Shown: one piece after another, positions 23,901-34,307 of the stretch
Layout of the letters: each line of letters begins with the position of its first letter
How positions within the stretch are numbered: the first letter of the stretch is position 1
From: Lama glama
Lineage: Eukaryota
NCBI GenBank assembly: GCA_028534125.1
Contig: CM052816.1
Coordinates: 20,028,001 to 20,092,000, forward strand
DNA: 64,000 bases
Reading direction: 5' to 3'
Notes under the pieces: model-generated
What the model was told of the DNA's origin: nothing
The model's database searches: none
The model's input: the letters and a program-made list of their open reading frames with translations, nothing else
Position numbers and translations under genes: made by a program

Positions 23901-26713
23901 TGTGGCTGTGTTTATTCTTTCAACAACTGTTTACAAGCACCTACTTCGTGTCAAACCCTGTGCTGACCATTGAGATTCCAGCAGTGATAAGGACAGATGG
24001 GGTCCTGGCCCTGTAGATCCCTTCCAGCCCTTGTGATCCAAACTACCATCTATTAAACCCCCACCTCAGCATGGCCATCAGCCCTGTGGCCTTAGCAATC
24101 CCAGCTTCATCTGTTCTCACACCCTTTGGACTGTGGCCCCCCAGCCCCACCCACGAGGTTGCCCACCACAGCTGGGAGGCTCTCAGGCTGCATACTGCTT
24201 CAAAGCCTGCCAGCAAGCTCTGGGGGAGCTGCTGCAGCCCGGCTTACACTCAGGGCCACCCCGCCTGGATCCGGGCTGTACCCAGCAGAGACCTCACTGC
24301 TGCTGCTGCAAAGCTCTCCACATGCTGCTGCTCAGCATCCCTGAGGGCCCACCCACCCTCTGCCTGCCTGGCCACCGGGCCAGCCACAGAGCCATCTGAT
24401 TTGAATGAAACTTCAAACTTAATGACTTTCATGCTGGTTATTTAAAATGCAATGTAATTTTCTTAAACACCCTATTATTTCCTTTGATAGCTACAAAGCT
24501 TCCCCCAATCCCATAAGCATGTTTATTTTTAGGGAAAAGAGTGGTTTGCAGTTGGTCATAGAGACCATAGGGAGAGGGAGCCCACAGAAAGTAGGGCAGA
24601 GTCAACCCAAGCAGCCTGGAGACCCACAGCTGCCCTGCCTTCCTGCTGGGGCAGATTCTCCACCAACACCACAGGATCCCAGGCAGGACCCTGCCCTTTT
24701 CACACCAGCACATCAGCCAGTGGCCCTCCTCCTCACCATCTCACAGTGGCCAAGTCCCGCATCCTGTGCTCGTCCTCTGCAAGGCCCCAGGGTCCTCATC
24801 TGTAAGATGGTTCCACTGGCTTCCCAACAAGCTTCCCACAGACAGGCGAGGCATGTATGGGGCTGGGGAAGGGGTCCTGGGGTTACTGACACACCCTCAG
24901 CCGCCTCTTCCTGGCTCCTCCAGACATTCTGCCCTGGGTAAGGCCTTGGGGCCTGAAGCCTAGACCAGCTAGATGAGATCTGTGCCCAGATAAAGTGGCC
25001 CTAGGCAGTGGCTGCCCACACTGGGAGGGTGAGTGGGTGTGGCCCTGCCAGTAGGGGCTCCCTGGCAAGGGAGGTGGCCTGGTGGTGGGTGTGCGTGCAG
25101 AGGTCAGCTGAACCCCGCCAATGCGGAGCGTTCTCTGGGAGTGGTTATTTTTAGATCTCAGGCTTTCATGTGGCCAAATGATGTGGAGTTTACAAAGCAT
25201 TGGTAATGCATTTCAGAAGGCGGCTCAGCAGACTGGGAAGCTGGGTCTACTGCCACCAGAGCCAGGTCAGAGTTAGTCAGAATACCCTCAGCTGGACTCT
25301 TGTCACCTGTCCCTCCCTCCCCACAATTCCTTCTTGCCTGGTGGGGAGGCTGGGCAATGCCCAACACAGCCCCACCTGAGGCCCACCCAAACCTCTTCTG
25401 CACTCATCTGAACCAAAGAAATACTCATGGCCAGGAATCCCGACTCTTATTTACAGAAGGAAACTGAGACCGAGAGAGGTTAACATTTGCTTGAGGTCAC
25501 ACAGCCAGGACAAGAGGTGCCCTTGGTCCCTGGCTTCCTTCCATTACAGCCCCCTCCTATCATGGGCAAACTGGGCTTTTTGGGAGAGGCTGACTGGCCA
25601 CCGCTGGCCCAGTAAACAGGGGCCAAGATCCTGGATTCGTGACCCTGGAGAGAGACTGAGGGTCAAAAGAAATAAATGATAACACGAAACTTCCCCCTCC
25701 GAGGCACTCCTGCCTTGCATGTGCCAGCTGGCTCCGGTCTCCCCTGCCCAGAGCCCACCTCCACCTAGGCCCTGCTCGCACTTCTCCAATCACCACTGCG
25801 CCTCCCAGCATCTACCTGCCCCAGCTGCTGGCTCTGCCTGCCTCACCCTCTATGTCCAACTCAAACCATCTGCTGGTGGGCACCATCCTGCCCTTCACTG
25901 CCTGTGTCCACTAGCCACTCCCAGGCTCTGGAATCAGCAGCGCCTGAGAATAAGGGTCACAGCCTCACAGACTGTGGGCCTCAGGCAGCCCTTCTGATGA
26001 CGAAGAACATATTAATTTCTGCCTCTCCTCCTCTGCTTAAACTATCCTCCAACCTAGAGCGTCCTCCCACTCTCACCTTCACAGGTTCTGGGCCAGCTGG
26101 AATTCTCCCCTGGTTGCCCACACTGGTCTCTCTCCCTCCCCAGTACCCCTCATCCAGTGTGGCCGACTGTGAGCCTCATGAACAGTCTCTTTGCTTTGCC
26201 AGAACTGAGTTCTACGGGGGCAGAGGCAGCCATCCCCTCTGTGTTCAGCCAAGGCCAAGCACATGTGGGGCTCAGTAAATACCAGTGAGGGGTCTGGACA
26301 AGGATTCTAAATAGAGCTGGCACTAAGTCGTCAACCAGCTGAGGGCCAGGTGGGCCAGACAGCTATCCTCTTTGCCCTGCCCCGGGGAAGCTGGCTACTG
26401 AGCTGAGGAAGGCAGAGCTTCGGGGTCGTCGGTCCACCTCAGCTTCGGGAGTACTGCACCTGCCTGGCACAAGGGCCAGGTCCTTTACCAAGGCCATTCC
26501 CACCATGTTGACCATCCCTCCCACAGTGGCTTCCACTCATGAAGCTCCATTCCACAGCAACCCAGGAGGTAGGAACCCTCACCACCTTGGTTTTTAGATG
26601 AGAAAACTAAGGTCCAGAGGGGTCAACTTACCCAGGACCACTCAGCCAAGGAGCAGCAGATAGATAGGATATTTGAGGGTGGATCTTCCTACTCAATGCC
26701 TTCCCCTTCCACT

Positions 26714-26882
26714 CTGGCCTTTCTGTCCCCACCTACAGAAGGAACCTTGTTACCCAAGGATCCATGCACTGTACTGTTGTAGGGGGTGCTGTGACCTGGC
26801 CTTTCTGTCCCCACCTACAGAAGGAGCCTTGTTACCCAAGGATCTGTGCACTGTACTGTTGGGGGGGGGGTGCTGTGACCTG
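26714..26882. repeat. Tandem duplication, ~82-bp unit x2
   Basis: CTGGCCTTTCTGTCCCCACCTACAGAAGGA...GGGGGTGCTGTGAC starting at 26714 and 26796. Confidence 0.9.
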
Positions 26883-28769
26883 ATAAAACACCTGTTTCCT
26901 CCAGTGGAGTCTTGTTTGTACACAGTGGCAGGAAGCAGCCCATCACAAGGTGTGAGGGAGTGTGACTGTAAGGCTCCAGGACCACAGCTGCCCGGGGAGG
27001 CTTAGAGGGAGGCTGTGGCTCCCCCTGCCCCACTCCATGTGGCTCTGTGCCCACCCTAATCCGTCCTGACTTCAGGAGTTATGCACATTGAAACCAGCGC
27101 CCCTGGAGCCCATTCTTACAGCCCAGCTAGACCTCCCTCCTGCCCGGCCACAGGGTGGGTGTGGTCTCAGGAGATCCAGGAGGGTGCAGGCTGGGTCTGC
27201 TGATCGCCTTGGAGAGGGGATGGCCAAGTCCTCCCAGCTTCAACCCCATTCACACCTGAGTCTCAGGGTAGCCGGGGAGGTGGGCAGAACTAGTATGGAG
27301 ATTCCCGTTCACTGGTGGTGGAAGCTGGCTTGGTGAAACCCTGATAGGGTGGGGGAAGAACACCTGCATCCTGGCGATGACCCCAGGGCTCTCTGTCAGG
27401 TCCTCTACCCCGCTGAGCTGGAGGAGTGGACAAGTGGCCCTAAAACTGTAGCCCCTGAGGACAGGCGGGAGCAGGGGTCTGCAGGATGGGCCTCCTTCAT
27501 GGCACTTTCCTGGCCGTGAAAGGCATCAGACAGGCCCCCTGAAACAAAGTCCCACCTCAGGAGCAGCTGAAGGGGCTGCAGATTTTCCAAATACCACAGC
27601 CAATACCACAGCCAGTACCACATGGCCTTCCAAGTCAGGAAGGAATGCAAGTCAAAATTACTTTAAAGTATCACTGCCCATCATGAACCTATTAAATGAA
27701 TAACAAAAAGGGGAAACTTCAAGATGGCTGTGCTCAGACACTGCAAGGAACCTGCAGCAAACTGGGGATACAGGAAAGCAAAGCGCCTCAATTCCTCCTA
27801 TCTCTCAAACCCATTATTCTCCATGAACATTATGCTCCAGGAAAATAATCAAAATGGAAACTATGGGGTGATTTGTACAGAGCATCATTCCCATTGGTAG
27901 AGAAGGCAACCTGTGAGCAAACTAGAAGCCACATGATGGAGAAATAAACAATAAAGATGAGGGAAACAAATAAAGCAGCTGAACACGGGCACTGCCTGGG
28001 GGCCTGCAAACATGCACCCCGACGTGCGGGGGCGGGAGAACCGTGTGAAAAAAGCCCTGTGAGTGGTCCAGAGGCTAATGGCCATGAAGGTCTTTTCCCT
28101 TTTTTCTCTCTTACAAAATAGCTTAAGCACTTAACATCTTGTGTAAAGGGCTTCTGCATGGCTGAGGAAGGGGGGCCCCTCTCAGACAAATCTTGGGAGT
28201 GGTGGGAAAGGATTCTCAGGACGGGGTGAGTGGCTATGGCTCCCAGCCTGGCCCCAGGAATAACACTTTTCCTCCCAAGAATCCCTGGCTGAGGTAGGGC
28301 ATTGAGGACAGGGCCTGTCCACCTGAGTCCTAGCCCCAGGGCTGGCCCCCAGGGTTCAGACCCCCCAAACCCCATGGCCCAAAGTGGAGACACAGCTCTA
28401 TAGACAGGAGTCCACATGAAGCCTTCCACTGAGCCATTGCTGGTCCCAGGGGAGCCAGGACAGCAAGGGAAAGGGATCAGTCATGGCCAAACCTCCACCC
28501 CCAAGCCCAGGCCAAGCTGGCACCTAGCTGAGCACGTCCCTAGCACTGCTGCCTCCAGTCCTCACTCCAGCTCTGGGAGGAGGGCTTGTCAGTCCCATTG
28601 TGCAGATGAGGAAACTAAGGCTCAGAAGTCCAGAGCCTTCTGACAGAGGAACTGCCTTTGGCCTAAGCATGGCAAGTACATCATAGGGCAGTGCCAACCA
28701 CCTTGGTCTGAAGAGCTGCCAGGGTGGGCAAGGCAACCAAGGCCCAGAGGGGACGGTGGAGGGTCCCAC

Positions 28770-29270
28770 TTGAGTGGTCAGAAGCAGTCTCTCTGAGGAG
28801 GTGACATCTGGATAAGGCCAAAGTGAGGAATGAGAAGGCGGCAGCTATGTGAAGAGCTAGAGAGGAGAACGGGAAGCCGTGGGACCCAGTGCAAAGGTGG
28901 AGAGATGAGAGAGAACCTGATGGCTGCAATAGCTGCTTTTTAGGGAGAGAGAAAGAGTCTGGTGCAGGCAAGGAGGGGAGGTTAGCAGGGGCTGGCCACC
29001 TGGGCACCCAGGCTGTGGTGAGTGGCTTGGATTTTACCCCAAGAGCAATGGGAGCCTTTACAGGGTTTAGTTTGGAGAGAGACAGGATCTGACTTATGTT
29101 TGGCTGTGCTGTGGAGCCTGGATTGGAGGTTAGGGTAGGGGTTAGGGTGGGGGACCCAAGTGGGGCAGAGGGACCAGGAGAAGGCTGTTCCTGCCCACTA
29201 GGGGAGGGATGGTGATGGCTTGGGCCGGAGGACGGCGACTAAAGTAAAGAAGTGGAAGATTTGGGATGTT
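28770..29270 (-). mobile_element. L2 LINE fragment
   Basis: CTCTCTGAGGAGGTGACATCTG..GCAATGGGAGCC..GATCTGACTTATGTTTT; approximate. Confidence 0.65.
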
Positions 29271-29954
29271 TGGAGGGGAGCTCAGATGCCTGCCAGTCCC
29301 CTCTTTATCTGTCACACAGCTCTACTCCTTCAGGAAGCTGCTCAGCAGACCCTCTGCCACAGCCCAAGTCGGGGACAGTTCTGCCCAGGACACCCTCAGC
29401 AGGGCCTTTTGTGACAGGACTCCTCTGGCCAGGAATCCAGGTCTATTCATCTGTCTCCTCTGCTCAGCTACACACTCCCAGAGGCAGAGGCTGGTTTTGA
29501 TCCGTCCATTGCCCAGGCTGGTGCCAGACTCCCTCCTAACAGGCTTCACTCCAACCACAGGGCTGGTGACCAACCATCACTCACCCTCCCCAGCAAGGCC
29601 CTGCTGCTTGCTCTTGGAGGGGTGTGGAGGGCTGGGTGGGTGCATCTCTGCAGAGCTCCCCCGGACAGGCTGGCCATGCGTCAGCAGCACTTCCTTCCTT
29701 TGCTCAAGTCTTGCTCGTACCCTCACCTCCTGCTCCCCCAAGGGCTCACTTGCATGGCCCTCACTTGGACCTCAGAATTTGGAATCAGGGACTGTGAGCC
29801 CGATGGCCAGGAACACAGAGATGAGTCCACTGCTTCAAGTGGCTCCTCCATACCAGAGCCCCTGGAACACGCCCAGACACCAGGACAGCAGTGGCGGTCA
29901 GGCATAGGGAAACAGCCCCCAGTAACTGTAAGAGCCAAAAGGCTCAACTCAGCT

Positions 29955-30208
29955 CTTTTTTAAAAAATTGACATGTAATTCACATAACACAAAATTCACC
30001 ATTTTAAAATATACAATTCAGCAGCTTTTAGTATATTCACAAGGTTGTACAACCATCACCACTAATTCCAGAACATATTCATGACCCCAAAAAGAAACCC
30101 CACGCCCATTAGCAGTTACTTCCCTTTCTCCTCTTCTCTCAGCCTCTGACAGCCACAAATCTACTTTCTGTCTCTATGAATTGGCCTATTCTGAGCATCA
30201 TCTAAATG
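29955..30208 (-). mobile_element. L1MB-like 3' UTR fragment
   Basis: TAATTCACATAACACAAAATTCACCATTTTAAA..TATATTCACAAGGTTGTACAACCATCACCACT..AATCTACTTTCTGTCTCTATG; AAAAGGCTCA repeated on both flanks. Confidence 0.8.
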
Positions 30209-33179
30209 GCAAAAGGCTCAGCAGCCTTCCAGGCCACAGGCTCCAAGCGGAGCCCATAGAAGGGGCCAGAAGCGCGACATCGCCTCATAACCTTTTCGAG
30301 ATGAGGATGTGCACCAGACTGTCAGTTCAAGATTCTGAGTTTCTCTAAAGAGATGCTGTACTCATCCCAGAATCCCCTCAAAGCCTAGCCCAGGACCAGC
30401 CCACAGCCTGTCCCCTGTTTCAATCTTAGAGCACAGCAAGCACAAAACAAGCAGTGGCCACTGGTCTAGGCCAGTAACTATGCAAGCCTACATGAGATGC
30501 CAGAGAAACATTAGCCATGAAATAAACTTTAACCTAATTTCCCCTTTCTAAAACAGAGTTTGCAAGAAGCCAGGTACCAAAAAGCAGCAACCTTTTTGGG
30601 CAAAATCTCCCTCTGCCTCCTGGCAGTTGGCTGTGAGGTGGTCATTCGCCCTGTTGCTCCTGGCCAAGGTTCGAATCTGCCTGCTTTGAGGCCTCCAACG
30701 TGGTAGCCACATGGACATTCAACCCACAAGTGGATAGAGGGGTTCCTGGCATGGGTTCTCCCCACTGTCTGGGGAGGTCAAGTGATTTGAGCAGTTACAT
30801 TCTCTCAGAGAGGGCAAAAAGCAAAGGCAGGGTTGGGGGTAGCTAGTTCTAAGGCCCATGGACAGTGGCTGGACAGCGTGTCATCTGTTCCCTGAAGATG
30901 CGCTGGGGAAAGCACAGTTTTGGAAAAAACTTCCAAAGGTGGTTTTTCGTCAGGGCCCCTGCAAGGAGTTCCGGACCCCCATGAGAGTTTTCTTCATTCC
31001 AGATACTTGAACCCTAAATCACATGATAAATATGCTTCAAAAACATGGGGTCAATTAATTTTGCTTTTTGAAACTCAACCATATTTTAAATGTTCACACA
31101 ACTCTTCGAGTAACACAAGCAACTAAGACTCTTACTTGCTACTCATTTGTAGCTATCAGATTTGCTTAAGAGGGTTCCCTACATTCATATACACCTTCCT
31201 CACCCAGCATCTCCCCAACTTAGGCCCCCGCCTCCGTCCTTCTCCCCAGGCCCATGGAGCAGCTGATGCCAGGGCACAGAAAGTCAGCTCCAAAACCTGA
31301 TGTCCCCCTGTGTTCCCAGAAGACAGGCAGTGGGAGGCTACAGCGGGGTGGGGAGAAGGACAAAGGGATTTGTCCCTATAAGAAAGGGTGTAACACACAA
31401 ATGCATCTGCTGTAGCTTCAGAAAGATTCCAAAGTTGAACAAAATAAATGATTCAGACCAGGGACATGGTGGTGTGCCTACCTCAGCCCTCACTTCTGAC
31501 TGCTGGAGGCAGCCCTCCATCTGCCTAAACTTTGACCAGTGTAACCTAAAGGACACTGAATGGTCCCATCACCACACCCTTACGGAGAACCAGGCGCTGC
31601 CACTCTGGGCACTCTCCTACCACTTGCCCATGCTGTCTTTTCCCTGTGCCTCTGTGGACTCACAAGAGGCTGGAGGGAACCTGCCTTGCTAGGGCTGTTT
31701 TGAGGCCTAGGCCTTTGGTCTAGTCATGGTTATCACAGTGACCCCAGCCCCCTGTCTAAACAACTCATCTGCTGTTGGTTGGGCAGTGGTGGGTTATGTC
31801 CCACCACTTGGCCTCGAATCTAAGGCTTTACATCTTGTAGGGGGCCCTGAAAACATCTTTGTTAAGTATCAGCTCATGCTCTGTAGAGACTTCTGGGGAG
31901 AGCTGCTATGTCAGGTGGCAGGGTCAGAAGACAAGCCCTTTCCCCTACAGAAGTGGAAAGAAGTACCCCATGATGGAGCCACCCCAGAGCAGAAAGCCAG
32001 ACTGAACCCTCAACTAACATGTTCCTTTACAGATGGAGGAACAGGAGTCCAAAGGACAAAGAGCTCATTTTAGTCAGCTGTCTGCCAGGTTTTCCATCCT
32101 GGGTTTCTGGAGGGAAGACATGATCCATTTTCTCATGTCCCACCAGCTTCAGCATGAAACAGCCTTCAGAACCAACGCTCCTCACTCCTGATCTGAAACA
32201 GCTGGGCAGTCACTCTTCGCCCTCTGGGTGACCCCCACCACTAGCTGTGTGAGCCTCCCACTGCTGGCCCCACCTGCACCAGGCCTACATTTGCTCCCAA
32301 CACCCGCCCACCAGAGTCCCCAAACCTTTCATGTACTCTTGAAGCTCTAATCTCACCCGTTTGGGCCAACTGAACACGGTCTGAAACACTAATTTGAATT
32401 TTTTGTAAGCACAGCTTTACTGCTCTAAGCACTCAGAATAGGCTCTTCACCCTTTAGGTCATCTGCACCAAGGGGCGGAAAAGCACGGTTTCTAATGATC
32501 ACGGAGTCTTTTCAAAGCACGCGGTACTTAAACATATTTAATTTGCAAATTCATTAAACAGGCCTCTTACTGACACTACTGACTTGAAACACCTCTGCAA
32601 ACCCGTCCTGGTGCATCTGAAACTAAGCCAGCTTCATAAAAACCTACTTTCCACACATTGCGTTTGGGCTCTTTCTCTAGCAAGGGCGCATTCATGCTAA
32701 TAAGGACAGACGGAGTACAGCATGCTCCTCCTGTACCACCAGACCTGAAGCAGACCAGCTTTTCTGCCCATTCCTCCAAACACTGAGGCTTGGGACTTAG
32801 TGGGAGAATGCTAACAGCAAAGCTCACAGCTCCAACCGTACTGCATCCACCACCCTCAGAAGGGGTGGGTGGTCTCAGCTTAAAAGTTCTCCAAGAAAAC
32901 TCCACCCCAGCATCACCCAGCACCACAACAGGGCGCACACCTGCTTGTGAGCAAGCTGAGGAGATATAAGCCAACAGCTGGTGTAAAGGAGGGTGCCCAG
33001 GGCAGCCCTCCTCCCTTCAGGAAAGTTCTCCTTCTGGTTCAGATCCCACTAGAAGTGTTTGAGAAAAGAGAACAGAGTTGTCCTGTACCTATTTTGTTCT
33101 AGGCAGAGGTCACTTCTTGTCCATACCCGATCAAGGAGGCAGCAGGCACAAAGCGGGCTGGGCTGCTGGGGCCACTTAC

Positions 33180-33304
33180 CAGCGGTGGCTGCGGCTGGGG
33201 ATGTTGCCCTGCTCCCGAGGGGGGTGGGTAATGCATGAGCAGATTGAAGGCGGAGTAGACGGTGTCTTTGTACATGCCGCTGGAGCACTCCGGAGCCTTC
33301 AGGC
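33180..33304 (-). CDS. TCF7: TCF7 exon 3 (125 nt); contains the ATG (33275) of the short isoforms lacking the beta-catenin domain
   Basis: tttttccag|GC; LKAPECSSGMYKDTVYSAFNLLMHYPPPSGAGQHPQPQPPL; CTG|GTAAGT. Confidence 0.96.
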
Positions 33305-33342
33305 CTGGAAAAACCACAGCTGGTCAGACGCGCCAGCCGGGG

Positions 33343-33346
<4 letters not shown>

Positions 33347-33378
<32 letters not shown>
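33347..33378. repeat. (TC)16 microsatellite in TCF7 intron 2
   Basis: Directly visible. Confidence 0.95.
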
Positions 33379-33381
<3 letters not shown>

Positions 33382-33518
33382 AATCAGAATTGCCAACGGA
33401 TCCCCTTCAACTTTGTGACTTGAAGGGCTGGGGCCGCCCGCAGTGCCAAGTTTGGACGAAAGACCTCGAGTTCAGGCCTTCCTTTCTCGACCTCCACGCC
33501 ACGCTCTGGCCAAGGAAC

Positions 33519-33640
33519 CTTGGCCAACGCTTGCTCCTCAATACAGGGGATTAGTCAGTCACCTGGGCAGGAGGGGAGGCGGAGATGGCAGGGGTCTGTT
33601 TACTCCTATAAAGGTCAGGGCACCGGAAGTGACTCGAGCC
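33519..33640 (-). promoter_or_regulatory. Probable internal (intron 2) promoter and non-coding first exon for short TCF-1 isoforms
   Basis: ETS site ACCGGAAGTG 33622-33631, AT-rich TATA-like element 33606-33613, candidate donor GGCCAAG|GTTCCT at 33519; TCF7 is known to use a second promoter upstream of exon 3. Confidence 0.55.
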
Positions 33641-33791
33641 TGGCGGCGCCCGGGAAACCCGCCCCCCACTCCCCCACCCCCTCGGCTTTACCGCCTCCTT
33701 GAGCTGCAGTTGAGGGGAGGCAGCCCCTCGGCTCCCTTCCGTCCTCGGGGGCCCCGCTCTCTCACCCAGGCCAGGCTGTGCATAAACTCAC

Positions 33792-33858
33792 CATCTTCCA
33801 GAGACTCCGTAAGTTTGTCGGGGAAAAGTCTCTGAGAAGTGTGTTCCCGTCCCAGAGC
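33792..33858 (-). CDS. TCF7: TCF7 exon 2 (67 nt)
   Basis: ccgcag|[33 protein letters not shown]. Confidence 0.96.
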
Positions 33859-34055
33859 CTGCGGAGAGATCCAGAGGGGCCTTGAGGGGGTTGGGGAAGC
33901 TGGGGGCTCGGGCCCCGGGCCCGCGACAGGAGGGGTCTGAGGGATAGGGACCCCCAAGGACCGGGGAAGGGAGGGGAGGGAAGGGCGAGCGGCGCGTCGG
34001 GGTTGGCGGAGCGCCGCAGCTGCCGGGCAGCAGCAGGGCGCGGGCCAGCGCTCAC

Positions 34056-34307
34056 CTCGGCCCCGACCTCGGCCTCGCCACGGGCCCCGGCGCCCTCCCC
34101 CGGGACCCCCGCGCCGCCGGCCGCGCCCTCGGACTCATTGACGAGGGACGACTTGAGCTCAGCCAGGTCGCGCTCGGGGCCCGTGGCGCTGTCCTGGCTC
34201 TTGTCGTCCGGCTCCTCGCCCTCATCCTGGAAGGCCAGGAGCTCGTCCGGCGCGCCGAGGTCGTCGCCGCCGCCCGCGCCGCCCCCGCCCGAGTCCAGCT
34301 GCGGCAT
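34056..34307 (-). CDS. TCF7: TCF7 exon 1 coding part (beta-catenin-binding domain), 84 codons
   Basis: ATG at 34307 (accATGc); [10 protein letters not shown]...GEAEVGAE; donor GAG|GTGAGC. Confidence 0.96.

Noticed and set aside
26714..26882. CRISPR-like or regularly spaced repeat array
   Set aside because: Only two adjacent copies with no spacers, in a mammalian intron; no cas-like ORFs anywhere in the window
29131..29153. Telomere-like/G-quadruplex run GGGTAGGGGTTAGGGTGGGGG
   Set aside because: Too short for an interstitial telomere, lies inside a decayed L2, and such G runs are frequent in this window
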